Below the pieces are notes generated by a model that made no database searches, was not told where the DNA came from, and saw only the letters and a program-made list of their open reading frames with translations. DNA of 60,380 nucleotides, counting the filler. It is 3 parts of 3 records of this genome, joined end to end, with 100 filler letters (N's around TTAATTAATTAA, not from the genome) between each part and the next. Parts side by side here need not be neighbours in the genome. Positions count along the whole stretch, not along the records: positions 1 to 29,962 come from SRR20825019_2012; positions 30,063 to 43,202 come from SRR20825019_2024; 1 more part is not named here. One strand, given 5' to 3'. The first letter of the stretch is position 1. Each line of letters starts with the position of its first letter. Below are positions 23,018-34,394 of the stretch, in pieces. The position numbers and the translations under genes were made by a program.

Positions 23018-23059
23018 TCCCCCAGTACACAAACTTAAAATGCAAGTGCAACCCTAACT

Positions 23060-26000
23060 TTATTTCTTAACGGTGGCAGAATTTTTGGGAGCAGGTTTAG
23101 GTTTGGAGGCAGCCTTACCGCTCAATAGGCTTACGATGTTATCTAATTCTCCATCCTTAAGGGTGTTTTGATCTTTGCCCTTTGTCAGCCCAGCGAGCGC
23201 GGTCGTCACAGCTTCAGCCATTTGGCTCTTCATTCTCTTGTCGAAGTTGTCAAACTTCTCGTTAATATTCTTGCGCACTTCATCAATCTGCGCGCCAATT
23301 TCGACCATCAGGGCTTCTTTCAATTCATCGCCTTCGTTGTGCGTGATGGCTTCCGTCCGGCCAATAGGGAATATATCAATGTCTCGGCTTAGCAACATTT
23401 CAAGCACATATCGTTCTTGAGTGGTCATCTCATGCACCGCTTTTCTCTCCAAGTACATGAAAGCATGGTAATAGGCCACTACAGGATGCTCTCTCTGAAT
23501 GTGAGATTCCAAACCATTCCCATGTCTGTCAAGGAAATGCCGGTCCAAACCACAGATATAGCAAGTGTTATCCATACTGTCCAGGACCTTTTGAGCATTA
23601 TCTCGGAGTTCACCGAATCCATCAATAATAATACCAGAAATGATGGCGAGAACCACAAGAACCAGCACGAAAGCAAATAGCGTTGACAACGTCGCGGTTG
23701 ACATTTCATACCATTGATCAACACCGACATAGGGATCGTTCGGGAACTCGAAGTCAGTTCCCCATCTAGAGAGAATGTTACTTTGAGCTGCCGTGCTCCA
23801 CAAGTAGTAGTAGAAGAGATACCACAGAGATGACGCCCCCTCCTTGTCCCTATATGCAATGAAACCCACACACGAAAAGAGATAAATGATCAAAATGCTT
23901 GTGACCAAAGTCCTCCACAGTTTGTTGGCATTGTCTGTGACAGACCGCAGAACAATACGCGTGATAGGGTCACGGAAAAGATCAAGAAGATGGTAGATGA
24001 ATGCAAAAGGATGCAGTTGTCCCAGGAGGCTGAAGAGTGGATACAGCAACATGTACAGGACCTGGAATCTCCACTGACCATTTACGCGGAGCTTCATTAA
24101 ATGGTAAATTCTCACAAGCCAACTTGTACGCAGAGGCCACTTGAAAATCAGAGGGCGACTGTCGCTGATATCAGTAAACGGAGACGACGAGAATGATTCA
24201 ACATCATTCATGCGGTGGAATGCTTCGGGCGAACCTCTCGTGATCAGGTAGAATATCAACATTATGCATGATGCAATGAAGTGTATTGCTCCAAGGATAT
24301 GAACCAGGAAAGTGCCGACGGTGGCACTTTTGAGTTCGAAATCAGGGAGAGACGATGAGCCTCCAACAGAACTAGTGTCCATGGTAGTAACAATTACAAA
24401 ATTGATCAGCAGAGCTAGGTAGAATGGGGCTTCACGAACATATTTGTACGTTTTCACAACCACCCTGCCTATGACATTCCTGTTCAAATACGTTGAGTGG
24501 TTCTTCTCATAAACGTAGGCAAAGAAGTCATGCATAAAATCTTGAAGTCTCACAGCTGGATTTTCGTCATAGTATTCTTCAAGCCGTGTCCGCAGAGATC
24601 CAGACTGTGCATTCACTCCAACAAAGGTCTGCAGCTGTGTTTGAATCGGAACTGTTGAGAAAAACATTGATTCTACACGACCTTCGCGAATGATTTCCAC
24701 ACTGCTTGAGTATGAATGGTATATATGCATACCTTTCCTGCAACCTTCAAAGCAATGAGTGAGGCACAAAGACCGAATGCGTGCATTACGAGAGCACTCG
24801 TTCCCGTCAGTTGTATTCGTGCAGCGATCGAAATGAACCGTTCCTGACTTCGACGCTTTCGCCTTGTCGAACCGAGACACCATATGCACAATGAATCGGT
24901 ACATGTTCACCTCTTCAACGAACTTCTGCTGTCTACTGTTGACGAAACCCGTCTTTGGAATCATTGCTAAAACAGCATCTGCGCGCTTTTCGTACATTTG
25001 ATAGTACTTTTCCCAGTCGGTTGAGCCAAGGATTCGCAGGCACACATACTCCTCGTGGGCTTCTAGTAGGGACAGAAGGAGTACGTTCACTTGGTGCATT
25101 ATGCTATTGATATCATCATTGTGAACATGATGATCAAAATCCACAAGTCGATCGACTACCCTATTAAAAAGCTCGAAAAATTGACCAGCAAGAAGCATCT
25201 GCATGGTTTCAGTATTTGGACCTTGAACAATTGAGTGAAGAGTTGTGAAAACTTGCTTAAACAGCATCACAACGCGGGACTCTCCATCTTCGATGGAATC
25301 TAATTCTGATTGCAGCGCCAACCCGTAGTTGACGATTTCAGTCATTAGGTCATATGAAGCTTCACAGTGACGCTGAAATATCATCAGGGATTGATTCTGC
25401 ACGTGTCTTTGAGCACACAACAGCTCCAGGATAGTCAATATCTGATAGACGTAGCCTGTTTCTTCATTCATCGGATCGTTTGATGCAACCGAGGTTTCCC
25501 TCGGGATGACCTTGTTTCTCTTCAAGTGAAGCTTTCTCAAAAGCTTCGAGCGCTTGCTCTCAGCTTGTGCAAGTTCTGATTCATCGAATTCTTCCTTGGT
25601 GTCATTCTTCGGTACCTTCTTCGTTAAAACTGATAAAACGCCACTTGACTGCTTTTTCATCCTCTCAATGTCAGCGTTCGCTCGTTTGAAACAGCGAAAG
25701 CATCCTTCGAAAAACTTGGTACGCGTAGAAATGGCAGCGCTGAAAGTATCCTGAATATCTTTGAAATGATTCTGTAAGAGAACACACATTAAGCGAATGG
25801 CAGCTAGCCTAACATCATCATCATCTGATGCCACCAATTCCATTACAAGGCCGTGACCTCCAAAACCGAGAAGGGTTACCTGGAGATCATGAAGACTCTC
25901 GGGACTTCGCTGTGTAGGATCTGAAGCAACAAAGTCCATCCAATCCCTTTCACGAAGGGCTTTGGTATGTATGTTGCGAACATAAATAACACCTCTAATC

Positions 26001-29000
26001 AATCGTAGTCCGGTTATCAAGTTGGCTTGTTTGAGAGTAGTGTGATTGTCGTTCAGGAATTTCACAATGCGCTGTGCGTCGAGCGGTCGATCGGCAATCA
26101 ACTCGGACAGGTTCCTGAGACCCTTTCCAATCATGCGTTTGAGATCTTTCACTCCGATTGTAACAGCGAATCGACGAACAACATCCTTCCACGCCTTGCC
26201 GTAAACGAGATCCGGATCACCACCCCATTTCCTGTAATCAGACGATGTCGTCTTGACTTTCTGTTGGTATCCCCAGTCTTGGAATGGATCACTGCCAGTA
26301 AACATTGCGAGCACCCGGCCGCAACTGACCGCGTTTTCATACTGCTGCTGTGTCATGTACCGCCAATGATCTTCAGCCAGAACCAAGTCTTGGAGGGAAT
26401 CGTAAAGGGACTTCGCTACTTCCTGTGCGTTTATGTGCCCTTCTTCTTCACCTTGGAAGCTGTTTCCATGAATCCAAAGCAAATCGCGAACAAACGGAGC
26501 ACAGGTATCAAATATGTACTCCGAATGGTATATCAGCCCAGTTTCATCATTTTCAACATGCCCTTTCTTTGTTCTGGCTAGAAGCTCCCGGCATGATCTC
26601 GCAATTTCAACCATCAGAGGTTCTTTGTCCGGATAGGTAGTTACAGAATGGCGGAAGAGACCATTATACAACCGAGATACCATGTCACGAGCCCCCGGGT
26701 GATTGGTTTCCACCCAGGAACGATGAATGAGGCGCACGTAACCATTACGCACGAAGCGAATATCATCTTCACAAACGCCCTTGGTTGGTTCCAATTCATA
26801 CAGAAGCTGCTTCATCAGTTCTTCAAAGGGAAACAAGGCCCGAACTTTGGCCTCATTTGCTCGCAGCTTTCCATAACAAGTCGCTGCAAGTGTCTCTAAA
26901 TATAAACGGTGATATACAACACGACTACCAATCGGAAGCCGATTCTCTTTCAAGCGCAACAATACAAGACGAGGAACACCCTTTAAACCCATCTTTGTGC
27001 GGACAATGCTCATCATGTTCTCCTTGAAAACATCTAACGCTTTCGGAAGAACCTGACCGACAAATGCAGTTCGGCCACGATCCACCAGCTCGTCTGAGGA
27101 TACTTGGCCCGCGATATCTGCATCTAATTCGCATAACCTGGGGCAACCAGACAGATCAGATATACCCTTATGTTCCAGGAGCAATGACAGCATTTCCCGT
27201 TGGCGGTCATTATGCGGTACCCTATCACACACCATCAAAGCATTAAAAATTCGAAGCCATCGTGGGTTCTTTCCGTAGCGAATGATCAGTTGGAAGAACT
27301 TACGAAGAATATCTTCACCTATTCTATCGCCTGTTTCCCTGTTATCCTGAACAATAGCAACGATGGTATTGGCACAATTTAGCTTGTCGACACCCATATG
27401 TGAACCCAAGAGCTCAATATCTTTGCTTAGCTCTTGTTGGACATCCTTGTTTCCTGTGCACATGGCAGTGAGAAGATGGTATGCTTCTTGCATCAGATCC
27501 CTCCGCTCCGGATGCTTCGGGACCATGCCCTTTTCGAGCGGCATCGGTAGCCGAAGAATTCGATACAACACTTCATGGGCATATGCATTTTTCATCAAGG
27601 TCTGATTCTTCATAACTTCATTTGCACTGTGTTGTTCCAAGGAAACCAGGCCTCTAAGGAATCGGATCTCCTCGGTGACAACCTTGTAAGGGTCTTTGGC
27701 GAAACCCTCAGAATTCATCAACCACTTAATGGTATATGACATCTCCTGCAAAGACCTTCTGATTTTGTCCATGGTCGATTTGCAGTTGTACGAATGAAGA
27801 GGCTGCACTCCAACAGCACCACGAACAAAGGCTACTCGTTGCTGCAAGTGGCGTAGCAAGGACTCAAAGGCATGTTCCTGTAGTTCGGGATTTTCGTAGC
27901 GCAATAGATCAAGATATATGTCGATGGCAGGACTATGGTCAGGAAGATCAGTTATGGCATGAACCATAGGCCTATCGAATAAAGTCCGCTCCAGCTTATT
28001 GAGATCGCTTTCACTAAAGACTTTCCAGGCAGATTGGGTGCTCTCGGTGCTCTTATAATCGTCGTTCGTCGATGTCCTTTGCTCAATAGCATACGACGGC
28101 GGAGGGGCCTTTGACTTCGGGATTAAAAGAGATGCTAGAGACGCCATACGTTTCTTGAAAGGAATCTTCTCAGGTTGGTTCGCATCTTCTACAGCAGTTG
28201 TAGGCTCTCCACCTTCATCATCAGCTTGGGCGTCTTCTCCATCAAAGTTGTGTAACAGTCCGGGATCCATGTCATCACTCTTTCCTTTTGTATTGTCATC
28301 CTCATTTTCTTCATTACTATCCGCCAATGCAGTCAAATCCTCGGCATTGAACTTAACGATCGATTGCCTACGACGGCCATGCGATTTTTTCACAGATGGA
28401 AGCTTAGGTGCCGACGGCAAGCTACCTTTACCGATTCCTGAAGGTCTCTTGAACTTTTTGTCAAATCGCTTGAACATTTGGCCCAGGCGAACGTTCAACC
28501 TCATGTCAAATATGTAGTCAAATGACTTCATGAGCTGAAGCTTAATCTTCATGATGATTGAATTCTTGTGGGTAAACGCATACCGTGCTTCCCCAGAAGG
28601 TAAATCATCGCGGCCATCAAGCATATGCATTAATAGCGGCAACAACCACTTCAAATCGTGGGTATCAATTTGTTTCGCGTTTGGACCACCAGTGAACAAC
28701 CCGAACGTGAGCATGGTGTGCACAACCTCGATGATCTGCAGACACAACAAATTCTTGCCATATAACTCCTGGTTCAGAGATTTCGCAGTTTCCAAAAACT
28801 TCCTTACAGCCTTCTTAAAATCTTGAAACCCGTCTACGGGCTTAAAGGGGGCATATTTGGCTTGGCTGAATGGACTCAGCCGTTCTAGGTATGCACTATC
28901 ATCGACCTCATCATCCGAGTAATGCTCCTCTTCTGAGGACTCGTCACTCTCATGATCGAATTTGACCACCTTGGTTACATTACTTGTGGCGGCCAGTGTG

Positions 29001-29962
29001 CTTTCACTAAACTCACTGTGGCTGCCGTCTCGACTCGTCCGCTTGGAGCCGATATCAGCTGGAACATCAAGACCCGTCGATGATTTTGACAGAGAGGGCC
29101 TGTCCGAAAGACTTCGCTTGCTAGAGAGTGATGGGCCTTTTCGCGGCTTCTTGGGAGGGTTCGACAGCTTCTTCGAAATCTTACTGTACATAATTGGATT
29201 CTTGGGCAAACAAGGATCACGTTCGATGTACAGATGCAATAGAACTTGGCAAAGGTTTCTCCGAATAATATATGGTATTCTTTCATGGAACACAACATCA
29301 ACTAGTTCTTGATAACGTAATCCCAAATCTGCAATTCGGACCAGCTTGTCAAATGCCAATCTATTTCGGCTTACCAACAGGCAACCAATCAAGTGAATCT
29401 GCGATACGAAATACTGCATGATTCGATCTTCATAACATGTAGCACGAGTCTGCTTAACAACATTGTCCCCTAATCCCATGTATGCATTGCAATATATCCA
29501 TTCCTCGTGCCCCCTCTCCCGCACAGCCAAAACAATATCCCTGCTCCCTTTGCTAGGTAATTTGATCTTTGGCGGATAATCAAACATCTTTTTCGCTTTT
29601 CCCACAGTAGTGTATATCACCTTCACTTCTAAGAATAGGGCACTGTTTGGTGCAAATATTGTGAAAGGTGTTTCATTTTCTTGAGGATCCAGCAGAGGAT
29701 CATGGTCATAGTCTTCATCATCACTGATAGCTTCATCCAAGTCTATTTCCTCTAATTTCTTCTTCATTTCCTCAATGGTCTTCTCCATAGCCGCTAGATC
29801 TACTTCAGGGGCCCTGGGCTTTACAGGGACACGAGGTTGAGGTGGATTTACGCCAGACTCCACAGTCTCCAGTGTACTGGGTGAGTCATCATCATCTTTT
29901 GGTGCTGCATCAGCTGCCTTCGCTGCCTCTGCAGCCGCCGCCGCCGCCGCCGCCGCCGCCGC
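23060..29962 (-). CDS. IP3 receptor/ryanodine receptor-like Ca2+ channel, 5'-truncated
   Basis: RIH-like (NQTLMKNAYAHEVLYRIL...CTGNKDVQ) and RIH-associated (LELLCAQRHVQNQSLM, IVQGPN) segments; 6TM region ending LAIISGIIIDGFGELRD; CYICG...HIQREH Zn finger. Frame stays open through poly-Ala to the contig end. Confidence 0.85.
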   Translation of the reverse strand, partial: AAAAAAAAAAAEAAKAADAAPKDDDDSPSTLETVESGVNPPQPRVPVKPRAPEVDLAAMEKTIEEMKKKLEEIDLDEAISDDEDYDHDPLLDPQENETPFTIFAPNSALFLEVKVIYTTVGKAKKMFDYPPKIKLPSKGSRDIVLAVRERGHEEWIYCNAYMGLGDNVVKQTRATCYEDRIMQYFVSQIHLIGCLLVSRNRLAFDKLVRIADLGLRYQELVDVVFHERIPYIIRRNLCQVLLHLYIERDPCLPKNPIMYSKISKKLSNPPKKPRKGPSLSSKRSLSDRPSLSKSSTGLDVPADIGSKRTSRDGSHSEFSESTLAATSNVTKVVKFDHESDESSEEEHYSDDEVDDSAYLERLSPFSQAKYAPFKPVDGFQDFKKAVRKFLETAKSLNQELYGKNLLCLQIIEVVHTMLTFGLFTGGPNAKQIDTHDLKWLLPLLMHMLDGRDDLPSGEARYAFTHKNSIIMKIKLQLMKSFDYIFDMRLNVRLGQMFKRFDKKFKRPSGIGKGSLPSAPKLPSVKKSHGRRRQSIVKFNAEDLTALADSNEENEDDNTKGKSDDMDPGLLHNFDGEDAQADDEGGEPTTAVEDANQPEKIPFKKRMASLASLLIPKSKAPPPSYAIEQRTSTNDDYKSTESTQSAWKVFSESDLNKLERTLFDRPMVHAITDLPDHSPAIDIYLDLLRYENPELQEHAFESLLRHLQQRVAFVRGAVGVQPLHSYNCKSTMDKIRRSLQEMSYTIKWLMNSEGFAKDPYKVVTEEIRFLRGLVSLEQHSANEVMKNQTLMKNAYAHEVLYRILRLPMPLEKGMVPKHPERRDLMQEAYHLLTAMCTGNKDVQQELSKDIELLGSHMGVDKLNCANTIVAIVQDNRETGDRIGEDILRKFFQLIIRYGKNPRWLRIFNALMVCDRVPHNDRQREMLSLLLEHKGISDLSGCPRLCELDADIAGQVSSDELVDRGRTAFVGQVLPKALDVFKENMMSIVRTKMGLKGVPRLVLLRLKENRLPIGSRVVYHRLYLETLAATCYGKLRANEAKVRALFPFEELMKQLLYELEPTKGVCEDDIRFVRNGYVRLIHRSWVETNHPGARDMVSRLYNGLFRHSVTTYPDKEPLMVEIARSCRELLARTKKGHVENDETGLIYHSEYIFDTCAPFVRDLLWIHGNSFQGEEEGHINAQEVAKSLYDSLQDLVLAEDHWRYMTQQQYENAVSCGRVLAMFTGSDPFQDWGYQQKVKTTSSDYRKWGGDPDLVYGKAWKDVVRRFAVTIGVKDLKRMIGKGLRNLSELIADRPLDAQRIVKFLNDNHTTLKQANLITGLRLIRGVIYVRNIHTKALRERDWMDFVASDPTQRSPESLHDLQVTLLGFGGHGLVMELVASDDDDVRLAAIRLMCVLLQNHFKDIQDTFSAAISTRTKFFEGCFRCFKRANADIERMKKQSSGVLSVLTKKVPKNDTKEEFDESELAQAESKRSKLLRKLHLKRNKVIPRETSVASNDPMNEETGYVYQILTILELLCAQRHVQNQSLMIFQRHCEASYDLMTEIVNYGLALQSELDSIEDGESRVVMLFKQVFTTLHSIVQGPNTETMQMLLAGQFFELFNRVVDRLVDFDHHVHNDDINSIMHQVNVLLLSLLEAHEEYVCLRILGSTDWEKYYQMYEKRADAVLAMIPKTGFVNSRQQKFVEEVNMYRFIVHMVSRFDKAKASKSGTVHFDRCTNTTDGNECSRNARIRSLCLTHCFEGCRKGMHIYHSYSSSVEIIREGRVESMFFSTVPIQTQLQTFVGVNAQSGSLRTRLEEYYDENPAVRLQDFMHDFFAYVYEKNHSTYLNRNVIGRVVVKTYKYVREAPFYLALLINFVIVTTMDTSSVGGSSSLPDFELKSATVGTFLVHILGAIHFIASCIMLIFYLITRGSPEAFHRMNDVESFSSSPFTDISDSRPLIFKWPLRTSWLVRIYHLMKLRVNGQWRFQVLYMLLYPLFSLLGQLHPFAFIYHLLDLFRDPITRIVLRSVTDNANKLWRTLVTSILIIYLFSCVGFIAYRDKEGASSLWYLFYYYLWSTAAQSNILSRWGTDFEFPNDPYVGVDQWYEMSTATLSTLFAFVLVLVVLAIISGIIIDGFGELRDNAQKVLDSMDNTCYICGLDRHFLDRHGNGLESHIQREHPVVAYYHAFMYLERKAVHEMTTQERYVLEMLLSRDIDIFPIGRTEAITHNEGDELKEALMVEIGAQIDEVRKNINEKFDNFDKRMKSQMAEAVTTALAGLTKGKDQNTLKDGELDNIVSLLSGKAASKPKPAPKNSATVKK
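29934..29962. repeat. (GCC)n microsatellite, poly-Ala in the channel ORF, at the contig break
   Basis: gccgccgcc... run up to the Ns. Confidence 0.8.
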
Positions 29963-30061
29963 NNNNNNNNNNNNNNNNNNNNNNNNNNNNNNNNNNNNNN
30001 NNNNNNTTAATTAATTAANNNNNNNNNNNNNNNNNNNNNNNNNNNNNNNNNNNNNNNNNNN
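29963..30061. other. Artificial contig joint (N spacer with TTAATTAATTAA stop linker)
   Basis: N runs flank TTAATTAATTAA at 30007-30018; composition switches from eukaryotic to AT-rich bacterial. Confidence 0.97.
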
Positions 30062-33000
30062 NTTTTTCAATCAATAACAAATTTATTATTGGATTGTTCA
30101 CACTTTCCTTAATTATAGGAGGAATTTGGAGCATGACCCAAGTCCCAATAGATGCGGTTCCAGACATCACTAACAATCAAGTTCAAGTAATCACGCAGTC
30201 ACCAAATTTGGGTACTGAAGATATTGAACAATTTGTAACCTACCCTATTGAAGTTGCACTTAGCAACCTTCCAGATGTCCAAGAAATTCGATCTGTTTCA
30301 CGCTTTGGTCTTTCGGTAGTGACCATCGTTTTTGATGATAAAATAGGGACTTACCTACCACGACAGCTCGTTTCAGAAAAACTTCCAGAAATACGCGAAC
30401 AAATTCCACAAGGTTTTGGGGAGCCAGCAATAGGACCAATTTCTACTGGTTTAGGCGAAATCTATCAATACACATTGGAAGTAGAAGATGCGTTCCGTGA
30501 AAAATATTCATTAACTGAATTGCGAACCATTCAAGATTGGATTGTTCGTAGGCAAATGGCTATGGTTCCAGGTGTGGTTGAGGTTAACGCTTTCGGTGGA
30601 AATAAAAAACAATACGAAGTTATTTTAGATCCAAATGAACTTTCAGCAATTGATATCACAATTACTGAAATTTATAATTCCCTTGAAAACAACAATCAAA
30701 ACACTGGTGGAGCATACATTGAAAAAAACCACCAAGCTAATTTTATTCGCGGAGAAGGACTTGCTAGAACGGTTTCAGATATTGAAAACATCGTTGTTAA
30801 GAATAGTAATGGTATTCCCATAAAAATAAAAGATGTTGGTGAAGTGACTATTGGTAGTGCTGTTCGCTACGGCGCACTAACAAAAGATGGAAAAGGCGAA
30901 GCTGTGGGCGGAATGATATTAATGCTAAAAGGAGCCAACTCGAATAATGTAATTGAAAACGTTCGAGAACGGATGGTACAAATTCAAAAATCATTACCCG
31001 AAGGAATAACAATTGAACCTTTTTTAGATAGAAGTGAACTCATTGCAGAAACTACTGGAACAGTAAAAAAGAACCTTTTGGAAGGTGGTTTGATTGTAAT
31101 TTTTGTATTGATTTTACTGCTTGGAAATTGGCGTGGAGGTTTAATTGTGGCATCAACAATTCCGTTATCACTTCTCTTTGCTTTTATTTTAATGAATGTG
31201 TTTGGCGTTTGGGCAAACCTAATGAGTTTGGGCGCAATCGATTTCGGAATAATCGTAGATGGCGCAGTAATAATAGTAGAAGGCACTGTATTTACAATAT
31301 ATAGTTATGTTCTAAAAAAGAAAACTGTAAACAAAGAAACACGCAATAAAATAGCCGCCAAAGCATCCAAAAAAATGATGAACACAGCCTTTTTTGGTCA
31401 GCTTATTATTTTAATTGTGTTTCTTCCTATACTCGCTTTGGAAGGTGTAGAAGGTAAAATGTTTCAACCCATGGCGCTAACCTTTATTTTTGCTATGGTT
31501 GGTGCTATGTTTCTATGTTTAACGTATGTGCCAATGGTTTCGGCACTTTTTCTTCGAGCTCCAAAAAATGAAAATTCTGAAAATAAAGGTTTTGGAAATC
31601 GTTTTGTACGTTGGACAGAGCGTAAATATGAAACAATTTTATTAAAATCATTAAAAAAAAGAAAAGTAATAATTGGTTCGGCAATTGCACTTTTTGCATT
31701 AGCAATACTTGTTTTTATTAGGATGGGTGGCGAGTTTATTCCTCAATTAGATGAAGGTGATATTGCTTTTCACGCCTTGTTAAAACCAGGAAGTTCGTTG
31801 ACAGAAACAATAGAAACAACTACAAAAATTGAACGAATTATTAAGGCAAAATTTCCTGAAGCAGAACATATAATCAGTAGAATTGGAGTTGCAGATGTTC
31901 CGACAGACCCAATGCCAATGGACATTGCAGATGTTTTTGTTATTCTAAAACCTACAAATGAATGGATTTCAGCTACTTCAAAAGACGAACTTCTTAAAAA
32001 GATAAAAGATGCCATAAGCATTATCCCTGGAGTAAATTTTGAATTTACACAACCTATTGAAATGCGTTTCAATGAATTACTTACAGGTGTTCGCGAGGAT
32101 GTAGCCATCAAACTTTTTGGAGATGATTTAGAAATTCTTGCCAGTAAAGCTGAAGAAATGGGGCGGATTATTGCAACCGTTCCTGGCGTAGCAGATATGA
32201 AAGTTGAAGCCACGGAAGGACTACCACAAATAACCATCAATTATAACCGAAACAAACTAGCGCAATATGGTTTAGAAATAAATAATCTAAATGAAATTGT
32301 ACAAGCAGCCTTCGCTGGTGGTATTGCTGGGGTAATTTTTGAAGGTGAAAAACGCTTTAATCTTGTTGTTCGTTTAAAGGCAGAAAACAGATCGAGCATT
32401 GAAGATCTTCAAAATTTATTTATAAATCTTCCTTCAGGTGCGCAGATTCCTTTACGTGAAATTGCAACTATAAGTTATGAACCTGGGCCAATGCAAATAA
32501 GTCGCGATAACACATACCGAAGAACCTATGTTGGTATCAACATTCGCGATAGAGATGTAAAATCTGTGGTTGAAGACATTCAGAAAAAACTGGATGATGA
32601 ATTAAAACTACCCAGCGGCTATTATATTCGTTATGGCGGTGCTTTTGAAAATTTGGAACGCGCAAGCAATCGACTAAAAAGTGTTGTCCCTATTGCATTA
32701 TTATTAATTTTCGTTCTTATCTATTTCGCTTTAAAATCCTTCCCGCAAACACTCATAATTTATTTGGCAATTCCAATGGCGACCATCGGGGGTATTTTTG
32801 CCCTTTGGTTAAGAGATATGCCTTTTAGTATTTCTGCAGGAGTTGGATTTATCGTTCTTTTTGGAGTAGCGGTACTTAATGGTTTGGTTATGATAAGTGG
32901 TTTAAACGAATTAAAAAATGAAGGCGTAACTAGTTTAAAAGAAAGAATTATTCAAGGTACAAAAAGAAGAATTAGGCCTATTATGCTTACCGCTTTTACC

Positions 33001-34389
33001 GACGTTTTGGGGTTTCTTCCCATGGCAATTTCAAGTTCGGCGGGAGCTGAGGTACAACGTCCTTTAGCTACTGTGGTTATTGGAGGTTTGCTCACTTCTA
33101 CCCTACTTACACTTTTTATTTTACCAATTTTTTATCAATGGGTTGAAAATCGTTCGTTTAATTTTAGGTTCAACAAAAAAGGGATTGTAGCAACTACTGT
33201 TTTAGTTTTTTTCTTTTTTATTCCTTCACAAAGTTTTTCGCAAGAAAAGCAAGTGGTAATCCCTGAACTTTCGTTAGAAGAAGCTGTGAAAATTTCAAAG
33301 GAAAATTACCCGCTTTTAAAAACTTCACAACTGGAAATACAAAAACAACAAGCCTTAAAAACTGGAGCTTACAATTTTGGAACCACAACTATTTTTACTG
33401 GTGGCGAAGAAATAAATGAAGACAGAGGAATCTACACTCTCATAGGTGTTGGACAATCTAATATTGACATTTTTGGAATTAGCGCTAAAAAAAACCTGCA
33501 GGAAAAGCGTATTACACTTGCTGAAACAACTTTTAATCTAACTGAAAATCAGGTAGAAAAAGAAGTGAAGAAAGCTTGGGCAAATGCATTTCAGAATAAA
33601 AAAAGGCTTCAATTATTTATAGAATTAGATTCTATTTACAATACATTCAATAAAGCAGTTGACCTTAATTATGAAGTAGAAGCAATCTCAAAGTTGGAGT
33701 ATTCTGCTGCTAAAAATCAAGCACTTCAAATAAAAATTAAAAAGCAACAAGCTGTTAATGAGTATCAAATTGCCTTGCAACAATTAAATTTATGGCTTAA
33801 TTCAGAAAAATCTTACACGGTCCCCGATGAACTTCCAGACTTTTCTATTGCTGCTTTGAACACCGATTTTGATTTAAAAAACCATCCAGAAACGCTGCTT
33901 TCTCAACAGCAAATTGCGGCTGCAGAAGCAGAATATAAAACTGCAAGAGCAGAATTATATCCAAAGTTTAATATTCAAGGTGGTTTACAGCAAGTAAATG
34001 GCGGTAGTGGTTTTTATAGTTATCAAGCTGGATTGTCTATTCCGCTTTTTTCGGGAATTACGGGCAGTAGTATAAAAGCTGCAAGATTAGAAACGGAAAT
34101 AGTACAAACAAACGCTAGTTTCAAAGAAAAACAGCTTGCTTCAGAATACCAACAAATACTTCAGAAGTATCAAAAATGGCAACAATCTTGGTCTTTTTAT
34201 TCTAATGAAGCCTTGATATTAGCCAAAGAACAACGCAAAGGAGCACTACTCGCTTACAAAGAAGGCGCAATAGATTATGCCGCTTTTACACAGTTAATCC
34301 ACGACGCTATTAAAACTGAAATGGACGCCTTAACGTCACTCAAAAATTATCTTGACGCTTTATTTGAACTTCACTATTTTAAAAACTAA
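30062..34389 (+). CDS. cusA: CusA/CzcA-family heavy-metal RND permease fused to C-terminal TolC-like outer-membrane factor (first few codons missing)
   Basis: IDAVPDITNNQVQ, ANLMSLGAIDFGIIVDGAV, RIRPIMLTA motifs; about 400 extra aa resembling an OMF; frame open from contig start (FSINNKFIIGL...). Confidence 0.92.
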
Positions 34390-34394
34390 CTACA

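Noticed and set aside
30007-30018. TTAATTAATTAA palindrome (also 43247-43258)
   Set aside because: Identical and embedded in Ns at both joints; a synthetic all-frame stop linker, not biological.
33150-34389. TolC-like domain fused to CusA as a novelty
   Set aside because: This fusion is common in Bacteroidetes heavy-metal RND pumps.
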